Positions 29,501 to 41,500 of a stretch of 64,000 nt of DNA are shown piece after piece. The stretch comes from Antedon mediterranea (taxonomy: Eukaryota; Animalia; Echinodermata). Below the pieces are notes generated by a model, which had not been told where the DNA came from, did no database searches, and saw nothing but the letters and a program-made list of their open reading frames with translations. Each line of letters starts with the position of its first letter. Position 1 is the stretch's first letter. Position numbers and translations under genes: made by a program. The DNA is taken from contig NC_092672.1 of NCBI RefSeq assembly GCF_964355755.1, positions 22,643,237 to 22,707,236 on the forward strand, given 5' to 3'.

Positions 29501-32500
29501 AAAATGAATATAACTCTTCAGAATGGCAGGTGACCCCCAATTTTTTTAACTTAATATGGAAGCCAATAAGTTGTAGATATAAATGTATATACACATTAGA
29601 CGTACAAAATGATATGACGTCATCAAATGGCCACTTCAATTTAAAAATTAGTAATTTTTAACTTTTTGTGTGGGTTATCGCATTCAATAGAGCGCATCTC
29701 CGTTATTTGAGCCCGATTTTTGCAGAAATTTTAGTATGTGCTTGCTCAATTAATTATCTTTCTCATGAATTGTCAACATTTTTATTTTGATGACGTCATC
29801 ACGCGTAAAAACTTGAATAAACTAGGTCGTGTAATTTCAGCTACACCATACATTTGAATATATTATAGCTCTTCAGAATTGAAGGTTACCTTGATGATTA
29901 TAAATTATTATGAAAGCTGCTGAAATGTAGATATGAATTCATATAAAAATTAAGCCTATCAGATGTTGTGATGTTAACATATTGCCAGTTGAAGTTAAAA
30001 AGTAGTTTTTTCATCTTTTGCGTTAAAATTATACAAATTTCAAAGAGCGCGCATTGCGCTTCTACGTGTCAAATTCTCTTCCAATCCTTATATTTATTTG
30101 CTCAATTCATTATCTTTCGAAATTGTCATCTTCGATTTTATTTTGAAATTTCCATCATACCAAAAAATTAGAACACGATATGAGTCCCGTAATTTCACCT
30201 ATGCTACACTGTATATAGATATACAGTATATACTGTGAATATTGTATGACACATAATAGGCACAACTCAGCGATATAAGTACAGTGTATATGCAATCATG
30301 TCATAGGATGGCGTACATCAACTTTTTACGATCGTATTTTAACGTACATGCATGTTTAAAAAATGTTAATTTTATTAAAATGATAACAATGATCACCTAT
30401 AATTCGTCAAAGTGACGAATTAAATTCTAGTGAGAAATTGTTTTTGTAAAAAAAAAATGTTTCTTCGCAATTTCTTTCTGTACAGATTTTGTGTAACAAA
30501 TATCTCAAAAAGTTTAATTTCAATGATTACCAACATTTCAGAATGTCTTTCCAATACTTTAACTTAGTCCTAATAAGGTTTTCAACGTGATCACTCATCC
30601 GTGACGTCATCTATTCGCCATTTTGTGAAATCACATTATCAATCATATCTCCATAATTAATTATCACATATTAATGAAATTCACTACACGTAAACTTCAG
30701 GTCAAGGGTAAAAATATTAGCATATAAAAACACACGCGCACATAGTGTCATGCGCGTGAAATCGCGCCTTAAAAATTTAAAAAGCTCAAAATTAAGTTTT
30801 GATCAATTTAGAGCATGAATTAGGCCATTTGCGTGTTTCAAAAAATTACTGCGCAAAAACACGTTTTTGCACACGCAATTCGTAAAAAACGTAAAAAATA
30901 AAATTTGATGTAAAAATCACATTCTACTTACAATCCTTAGTATATTCTCCGATTTTGAGTCCAGTCCGACTTAAAATAACGGTATACGAGCACGTTAAAA
31001 ATGACAAAATGCGCACACTAATTGCACAAAAGTGCAAAAAATGGTAAAAATTAAGGCCTTTTTAAAATGAATATAACTCTTCAGAATGGCAGGTGACCCC
31101 CAACTTTTTTAACTTAATATGGAAGCCAATAAGTTGTAGATATAAATATATATAAACATTAGACGTACAAAATGGTATTACGTCATAAAATGGCCACTTG
31201 AATTTAAAAATTAGGATTTTTTTCCGTTTTGTGTAGGTTATCACATTCAATAGAGCGCATCTCTGCTATTTGAGCCCGATTTTTGCACAAATTTCAGTGT
31301 GTGCTTGCTTAATTATTTATCTTTCTCATAAGTTGTCAGTGTTTTCTTTTTGATGACGTCATCACGCGTAAAAACTTGAATAACATAGGTAGTGTAATTT
31401 CACCTTCGCCGTAAATTTGAATATCTTACAGCACTTCAGAATTGAAGGTTACCTTGATGATTATAATTTATTATGAAAGCTGATGAAATGTAGATATGAA
31501 TTCATATAAAAACCAAGCCTATCGGATGTTGTGACGTTAACATATGGCCAGATGAAGTTAAAAAGTATTTTTTTCATCTTTTTCGTCAAAGTTATACCAA
31601 TTTCAAAGAGCGCGCACGGCGCTTCTACGTGCCAGATTCTTTTCCAATTCTTATATTTATTTGCTCAATTCATTATCTTTCGAAATTGTCATCTTTGAGT
31701 TTATTTTGATAATTCCATCATACCAAAAAATTAGAACATGATGCGTGTCCCGTAATTTCACCTATGCTACACTGTATAAAGATATACAGTATATACTGTA
31801 CATATTGTATATGGCATATAATAGGCACAACTCAGCGATATAAGTGTATGCATCATGTCATAGGATGGCGTACATCAACTTTTTACGATCGTATGTTAAC
31901 GTACGTACATGTTTTAAAAAAAATTAATTTCATTAAAATGATAAAAATGATCACCTATAATTCGTCAAAGTGACGAATTAAATTCTAGTTTTATAATTAT
32001 TATCATACTCATTTGCCATACTCTCCTTTATTCCTTTCAACAACATCACCACCAACTCCAACCACCTCCTGGTTATAGTCACCACCACCATTCCCAAGAA
32101 TGATGATGCAGAATTAGTTTGAGAGCTAAAGTGATCTTTTAATACACACCACAATTATAGTTCTTTGTTATTAGGTTGTAATTATTTTTTCCATATACAA
32201 TATAAGATACAGATAGTATATCTGCCACAATTATTCTTTCTTTATACTCAGGATTAACAAACATAAATAAAACTGAAATAGCGGCACAAATATAATTTTG
32301 TAAGTTATTTACCGTACCTAGTTTTTAACAAATCACCTTACATAATAATTACAGTATCAAACCACCATTACAATGTCATACAAAATTTGTAAAAATAAAC
32401 AAATCATCATTAGCATAACTAGGTGATAATTGATCCATTGTAATATTTTTAGTCTATTAAAAAAATGTTTATGTCTTAACATTTATTTAAATATACATAC

Positions 32501-35500
32501 ACACATAGTAAATTATAGTTAACAAAAAATAAAGGGAAATTGTTTAACACTAAACAACCTACATTAGAGGTGAAAAACAACTAAGAAACACAAGAAAGCT
32601 GAACTTAGACTTAAATGTTCTACACAACTGTAACAAGTTCAGAGTGTATCCAAAATTTAACATTATGAAATATTTTAGACCACAATGGTGATCACAGTGC
32701 TTTGCAAAGTCTGCAGTTGCACTTTAATCATGTTTTATTCATTCATATTTATCTCCATCATCCAACTTTATCAAACAAAACTTTTTTGAGGATAAACATA
32801 CAGTAGCTATATGTAAGGTTCAACTTTTATAATTTTAAAAAGTTTAACAGTTTCTAACATTAATGTTTAACAATTTTGACGAAGGAGGGTTAAAAATTCC
32901 CCATATTAAGAGTTACTGTACATCTCTCAAATCATGTTGGGTGAAAAGATATCTTGATGGAAATCAATCCAAGTGGAAAGTGTTTTTAAAAAGTAAGATT
33001 AAAGAGGTTGGAGGAAATATTGTTTTCGAAACCAACTTTTCTAAATCTTCAAAAATATTAAAACAATTTGAAAGGTTCCATAAAGATATACTCTCTGCGT
33101 GGAGTGAATACAATTTTGTAGAACCGTATACAATAGAGGACATCTTAAATCAATCTTTATGGAACAACTCATGTTTTGATAAAAGAGAATTTAAAGTTGA
33201 AAAAAATTGGTTGGTTAAAAATGTAAACTATGTAAAAGATATCGTGAACAAAGAAGGGAAAATATTAGAACTAGACGAATTTAACCAAAAATATAATTTT
33301 AAACCAGACTTCTTATTATATCACCAGATTGTAAATTCAATTCCAAAGCTCTGGAAACAGAAATTAATTAAACAAGGTATAAACACAACTAATGAAGTTG
33401 AATCTAAATTACAGACATTCATTTCTGTGAAAACGAGAAATTGTCATTATATCTATAAACACATTATATTAAAAAATGTTGAAGAGCCAATTGGAATTGA
33501 ATCCAAATGGGAAAAAGGAGTTTGACAACAAACTTAATTGGAAAAACCTTTTCTCAAATTTACACGCCTGTACAAATGACACTAAGCTAAAAAATGTTCA
33601 ATTTAAATTTATTCATCGTATAATTTATACAAATACAATGCTCTTTAAGATGTCAAAGGTCGATTCACCAATGTGTCGTTTCTGCAAGGAAAAGCAGGAA
33701 ACACTGCTACATATGTTCTTTGAATGTGATCTGGTAAAGAAAATTTGGGAAAATGTAAATCAATATATGTATCGAAATATCAACAATAACTTAATTATCA
33801 CCAAAGAAAGTATATGTTTTGGTTTTGGAAAAACACACAGTGATGCAAACATTTTAATTTTAATTACCAAGTGGTACATATTTAGTTGCAAAATCAAAAA
33901 ACAATTACTTAATTATAATCATTTATTTCACATTTACCAAAAATACAAGGCAACCATATTATTAGCAAAATGATTATTATTAAGTGTATTGTTGCGATAC
34001 ATTACTTTTTTTTCTTTAATTTCATTACTCTCTTATTTTTGAGAGAGTATTATATCGTTTTAATAGTTACGTTGCCTTTATATATTAATTTTGTATTATG
34101 TATGTGATGAAATGAAATAAAAAAAAAAAAAAATAAAAAAAAAAAAAAAACATTAATGTTAAAAGATTATTTTTAAAAGAACTTATATTATAATTTCAAT
34201 TTTCAGTACAAGCTATTTAACAATTTAAAAAAAATATATGCAAAGTTATTGTAGCATAACTTTATATTTTAATCAATGGATGTAAATGACTTTGCATTAT
34301 ATAAATGTATTACAATTGTTTATAAACTCTTAATTGTTGTAGATTCTATTTCAGTACAACCTTTTTTTAAAACTAATATTGACCTTGGTTCATCCTTGTT
34401 TCAGTTTGATGGTCCTACCTTTTCAATAGAATTACATTCATGTTCACAGAGTAAATTAAGATTTATCTCCTTTAAAATTAAATTCAATAAAACTATATCC
34501 CATAACAATTTTCCTGTGAATAAATAGATGGAATTATTCTTAGTTTATTGATTTGATTCAGACCAATTTCATACACATTTAGCAATATTTTTTTCATTTT
34601 TTAACTAATAATATGCATAGAAAATGTTTATTTTACAACTACAATACCTCATTAAGTAATTCATTTATTTACTTTTTTATGGCTTTAACTAGTTGAATTC
34701 TCTCATGGTACCAATATAAAGTCTTAATCGGCAATACATTTCTATTGATCATACATTCTAATAATTAATGTTTCATATTTTTTTGGATTTTATTGTGTTA
34801 CAATAAAGTAAAAATAAACGGTGTGGGAAAAAACATTATCAGATGACTAAATATATGTAATATAACGTTTTAATACATTTCTGGTGTTTTTGTACAACTT
34901 CAAATTTTTATTTATGTGCTATAGTTTAGTAGTAAACTAAATTTATCTTCCCATTTCCACCCTTTAAGACAGAATAGTCCAACTTCCCTTCCCCTGTAGT
35001 AGAGCACCGTATCAAGAATGTTAAATAACAGACAAGAGACATAAAATTGCTTGTCTACATACACTTTATTCACAGTACACATATGGCTGAATGCATATAA
35101 CAACATTACTATAAGCCCAACAACTGGGAAACCTTTAACATGTGGCTTACCTTTCATCGGTCATGCTTTTTTTTTAAGGTAACACCAACCCAGCGAATGC
35201 TATGCAGTCCAAATAGATACTTATTGTACCCACATCTTCGTAAAATATCCTTAAATAGCACGGCAGCGTGAATAGGACATCTTTCTAGCATGTGCCTACT
35301 AGTTGATTTCACTGACTAAATAGTGCTAATGTGGTTCCATGCCTTCTACTCTCTATCAGCATGTATAAAGACCCAGGTATCTGTGTTCAACAATAATGTC
35401 CAACCACCAATAGTTTTGATAGTTCAGACACTGAATTATTTAATATTTTAAATAAACCAAAATAAATTTACACTATCTAGTATCTTTGTAAAAAATTTAT

Positions 35501-38500
35501 AAAATATGCACTTGATGTTAATTTTCCTTTTACCCAAACCTTGTATTATTTTAGATAAATACAGAATTTAATTTACAGTATTGTGGTACAAAACTATGAA
35601 ACCAAGACCTTCTGTTTTTGAATTATTTCTTGTAGATGTTAAAACTTTGATTAGTTTTATAAACTACACCTTTTCACCTTCTGTCAATTATATAAGAATG
35701 TATTTATTCTGTTACTGACATTCAATGATTCAGGTTTCTCCTCATCTAATGTTCAAGCAGCATTGTTATAATTTTTTTTTATTGAGAATTGTCCTATAAT
35801 TTCACATATAAATTCATTATTCCCTCAGATTTGGAATCAAAATAAAATGTACAATGACTTAGGAATGTATTTAATAATTGCCTTGATTTAATGCACAACT
35901 ATTAATTTAGATTGTATACTGGCTTTTTCTTTTTATCCAAATGTACATATGAAAAACATAAGCACTCATTTTGAGGGCTTGTGATGAGTTGAAAAACAAA
36001 TAACAATATTATCAAGTTAAAGTTCAAAACACTTTTTTCTGTAATGGTCAAATGAATACAAAACAGAAAATATATTTAGGTTACATTTGTTTAAAAAGTA
36101 GCATGAAAATATATAAAATAAAATACATGAATAAAGGTAATGACCATTACAGGAACCAGAACTTAAAACTAATAAATAAATTCAAAAGAAATATAGACAA
36201 TAGCGTATTATTTCATCAGAAAAGTAGTTGGAGAGATAGTGATTTTTCAAATATCATTTAAAAGTTTTTACAATTAGAAACAATGATTAAATCAAGACTA
36301 TTCCACTTATATTTGGGGTATCACTTGGTTTGTCAATTAAAAAATTTAATATATTTTTGTTAAATACTTAATTTTGTAGTTAAGCATCATTTTTTGGTTT
36401 ATAATTGCTAAACCTTCACTCTCGGATTAGAGAGGGCGTAATCACCAGCCCAAACAATTTTACAGTACTGTATAAGTAAAACATTTTATTTTAATTTCTT
36501 TAGAATACCAATATATTTAGATATTTGATTTGATAAAAATTGTTGGCAGCCAATAATCTAAAAGACCAAGGATTGATACTTCACTTTTTCTTTAAATTAA
36601 TTTTCTATTAAAAAACATAACAATTGTTGTTTGTAAGTTTATATATAATACAATTAGTTTTAGCTGTATTAATTAATAATTGGTTTGTAGTAAACCATTC
36701 ACTAGCTTATTTAAATCTAAATTAAAAAATTTCAACAAGACATCAATATTGTTATTAAAATATAAGAAAGTTGTATCATCTGCAAAAAAAGGGTTGTCTG
36801 GAAGATTTACTAATTATTAATTTGAAATAATGATTTTCATCTGTAAAATAGCTTTTAAACTAATCTAAGAAAGGCCCCAAAATACCATAACGAAACAACT
36901 TGAAAATATTATGGTTAACAACATCAACATTTTAGAAAATCTAGAAAAGTACTTCATAAAATTAATTGTTTTCAAATGCAGTATTAAGGGAATTAGTGAG
37001 TTCAAGAAAAGCATGACAAGTGGTATTGTATGCATACATTTTTCATTATTTTTTGAAAAAAAATGGGTAAAATTAAGATTGGTATAAAAGTATCCGTTTT
37101 TAAATACAGGATTAACTTTTAATATGATTAGGAACAGAACCCATCATGAATGATGGCTTATAATTAATGGCGCAACCTTTTTAAGAATCACGCCCTCAAC
37201 CTTTACTAGAATATAAATTATTAATTATATTAAGCACTTCTGTTTCAGATATAAATGAGAGGCTATATGGGAGGTGGTAATTAAGAGATTAGGTCTTTGG
37301 TATTTTTAGGAATATAGAATTACAGGTAGTTCTACACATTTTTGAAAAATAATCACTGAATTCTGGCTAGTTAGATTTGTATAATATTCATCATTCATGT
37401 ATTTTTACTTTCTCTACCGGGATTAATTACAGAAATTTTTACTTCTCATTTTTTTTAAATGTTACATTTAATCTGATTGAATTTAGTTTTGTAGCATTTT
37501 TTTCATTTGAAGTGCAGCAGTAATGTTGCTATACTTTTTATATCTTGAGATATCGGAACATTTATGAATTTATTTAAAGTTTATGCTTACGTTTACTAAA
37601 TTGATTTAGGTGGAGTGGGTAGAGGGGTGTCATCCATAGTTGTTTTAGTGTTGTTTTTTTCCTTGAACTGCAAAAAGTTTATAAAAAAAATGTATCCAAC
37701 ATTAGAATTAACTGTAAAGTTTAGACCAATCAGTTGCAAAATGCACCTATATCTCTAATTCAGTATGAATGTTCAGGAACGTCAACCTATTTTAAAGTTA
37801 ATCATAATCAATTATTTTTTAAATAGGTAAATGATCAGAGATGTCTGTAAAAATGTGTGTAAAAATAAGTTCTGCATTAATTTATTTTTTTTTCTCGTTG
37901 GTTTATAAATCCTAGGGAAAAAAGAACAATAATTGATAAGATGATACAAAATAATTATTAATTAGATTATGCTTATTAATTTGATTAAAACAATGTTGTA
38001 TTTTCTCACAATATTCCAAAATCTTCATGATTTAAACTTTGAAAACAATTAATTTATAATAACAGCAAGATGTTCTATGTTATTATATTTCAGTTGACTT
38101 AAATAAAGCCAATTATAAAATTCTTTTTTGTTTTATTGATTTATAAAAAGCTAATCAGATAGTTCTTTTGTCAATAATAAATCTGGTCATATTTTGTAAT
38201 AAATAAAAACTGCCCATAACAAAAAGTCTTAGTAGTTATAGCTCTATAGCGGTTAGCCTTATAGTCTATCCGGCTTAGTAGATATAGAGCTGTCGCCTAT
38301 TTATCACCTACTAGTAGATAGATATTTGATAGATTTTTTATAGTCGTTAGTAGATTTTTGCCTCATTAGCATATTTCGCGATGATATTAGTAGGCGACAC
38401 CTACTAAATACAACTATTATTAGACTACCAATAATCTATCTAGAATGGATTCTTAATTGGCTATTATTTGGCTTTTAAAAATCTACATTAATTTGCTATT

Positions 38501-41500
38501 TATGGGCTATTAAAAATCTACTAATTAAATGACTATTATTGGGCTATTAAAAATCTGTATAAATTGGCTATTATTTGGCAATTAAAAATCTACATAAAAT
38601 GGCTATAATTTGTCTACTTAAAATCTACATTATTTGGCTATTAATATACTATTAAAAATCTACTAAATAATTGGCTATTATTCAGCTACTAAAAATCTAC
38701 ATTATTTGCCTATTATTGGGCTATTAAAAATCTACTTAAAAATGGCTATTATTTGTCTACTAAAAATCTACATTATTTGGCTATTATTGGGCTATTAAAA
38801 ATCTACATAAAAATGGCTATTATTTGTCTACTAAAAATCTACATTATTTGACTATTATTGGGCTATTAAAAATCTACATAAAAATGGCTATTATTTGTCT
38901 ACTAAAAATCTACATTATTTGGCTATTATTGGGCTATTAAAAATCTACATAAAAATGGCTATTATTTGTCTACTAAAAATCTACATTATTTGGATATTAT
39001 TGGTCTATTAAAAATCTACTTTAAAATGGCTATTATTTGTCTACTAAAAATCTACATTATTTGGCTATTATTGGTCTATTAAAAATCTACTTAAAAATGG
39101 CTATTATTTGTCTACTAAAAATCTACATTATTTGGCTATTATTGGGCTGTTAAAAATCTACTTAAAAATGGCTATTATTTGTCTACTAAAAATCTACATT
39201 ATTTGGCTATTATTGGGCTATTAAAAATATACATTATTTGGCTATTATTGGGCTATTAAAAATCTACATTATTTGGCTATTATTGGACTATTAAAAATCT
39301 ACATAAATTGGCGACTATTGGGATATTAAAAATCTACATTATTTGGCTATTCAAAATCTACATAAATTGGCTATTATTGGGCTATTAAATATCTACATTA
39401 TTTGGCTATTAAAAATCTACTAAATAATTGGCTATTAAAAATCTACATATAACTACTATTGGGCTATTAACAATCTACATATAGATATTATTGGACTATT
39501 AAAAATCTACATATAACTATTATTGGACTATTAACAATCTACATATAGATATTATTGGGCTATTAAAAATCTACATATAAATTGGCTATTAAAAATCTAC
39601 ATAAATTAACTACTGTTAATTTAGATACTTAAAATCTACAGAAATTAAAAATCTAATCTTTTCTGGCTAAAATACAGATACAGAACAATAATTCATCTTA
39701 TTGGCAAATAACAAATGTATAATGATTAAAAAAATAACAAATTAATTTGTTTCCCATATTTGTAAACCTTAATCTTGTCCATACATATGCGAGTCCGAAA
39801 ACTTTAAGCACATATTTTAACTCAGTTGGACATGTAAAAAGAAGAATACCAAACAACAACAGTTACTTTTGTAACAATTTAGACTTATTAAGTGAAACAA
39901 GACATTAGTAACCAAATATACAGTATACATTATTTATAAATTTATTTAACAAAAAATTAAGATAGTACATTATTTGTAAACCTTAATATCTTAACCATAA
40001 CATTGCACATGTTTTAACTCAGCTGGACATGTAAAAGGAAGAATACCAAACAACAACAACAGTTACTTTTGTAACAATTTAGGCCCTGTTTCTGCTGCCA
40101 ACTAAATACCGTATATTATACGGTATTTTTTGAATACCGTATATATACGGTATATTTTTGGCAGCAGAAACTGCGCTCATAAAAAATATACCGTATTTTG
40201 TATACCGTATTTTCCCCACAAAATTTGTGGATAAAATACGGTATTTACAAATTTATACCGTATTTTTTGTACCCGTTTCTGCTGCCAATAAAAAATACCG
40301 TATTTTTTTTTTACATGACAAAAGGTCAACATTCGTGTTTTTATTTTCTGTCGCTGTCAGCTGCTTTTTCACACGTGTATAGATATATTCGGCGAAAATG
40401 TGGAGCGAAGACGTCACAGTTTTACTAAATAAATGTGTGTGGGGAAGCTAAAATGTCTGGCCAACTAATAAAAGGAACAACCACATTTATAAAGACATTT
40501 CTAAAAAAATAAAGCAGGAGTATGGAATAGACTTGTCTCCAAAGCAAGTAAACTCAAAGCTGAAGAGCCTGCGAAAGCAGTACAACATTGCAAAATACAA
40601 TAACTCGGGGAGGGAACGAATTAATTTTCCCCATTACGATGTTTTCTGTGCTCTCACAACATCTCTATCACTAGGGCTAGGCTGTTGAAAGTGAGACGTA
40701 AAACTTCCTTTATTGCGACTTTTAATTATCGACCAAATAAATGAATGGCAATTTGGGTAAAAAAGATGAAATTTAACACGACCACCCAAGAAGTATTGTT
40801 AGCAGAAACGGGGTACTAAAAAATACGGTATAAAAAATACCGTATTTTATACCGTATTTTTATACCGTATTTTGAGCAGTTGCAGCAGAAACAGGCCCTT
40901 AGACTTATTAAGTGAAACAAGACATTAGTAACCAAATATACAGTATACATTTTATAAATTTATTTAACAAAAAATTAAGATAGTACAGTATTTGTAAACC
41001 TTAATATCTTAACCATAACATTGCACATGTTTGAACTCAGTTGGACATGTGACAGGAAGAATACCGAGCAACAGAGCAACACTCATCACTTTTGTAACAA
41101 TCTAGACTTATCGAATGAAACAAGACACAGTATCCAAATATACAGTATACATTTTATTTAAACTTCAAAATTCAAAACAATTCCTGAATGGAATTAGACC
41201 AGACAATAAGAAATGCACCAAATATTGTCACTATTGACATGAAAAATTAATTACGCAAAAGCACACTTCACCATAAATTAATCATCTTTGCACTTGACCA
41301 TCAAATTTGTACTAGTATAGGTTAAAGATCGTCTCTCTGAAAAAATAATTGTTTAAACATTTTTTTGTTGAATATGCCATTCGAATTTTGCTATACAAGG
41401 GCTACCTACCAGTAACCTATTAACAGACTATAAACAAACTGATAATAGCCAGTAACTATTAATAAACTATTTATTTTATATACTTAGGCCTACTAAGAAT

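Larger units (their letters stand above)
15046..31988 (+). mobile_element. ~17-kb tandem/nested array of ~1.55-kb Helentron-type HINE elements (family A): 9 forward bodies plus 1 inverted copy
   Basis: 5' palindrome TAGGTGATCATTTAGAATAAAATGATCACCTA at 15046, 16625, 16683, 27276, 27334. 3' end ATGATCACCTA + hairpin AATTCGTC-AAAGT-GACGAATT + CTAG ending at 16623, 19553, 21095, 22604, 24125, 27274, 28900, 30430, 31988. Confidence 0.9.
39758..41165. repeat. ~200-bp tandem repeat, about 3 copies, the second interrupted by a Harbinger element
   Basis: TTTGTAAACCTTAAT...GGACATGT...AGACTTAT...CCAAATATACAGTATACATT recurs three times. Confidence 0.85.

Noticed and set aside
16704-31973. Recurrent 60-90 aa ORFs (MNVITYTKRKK..., MTPNFF..., MFQKITAQK...)
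   Set aside because: Chance frames in HINE copies, disrupted in other copies, with no Rep/helicase motifs.
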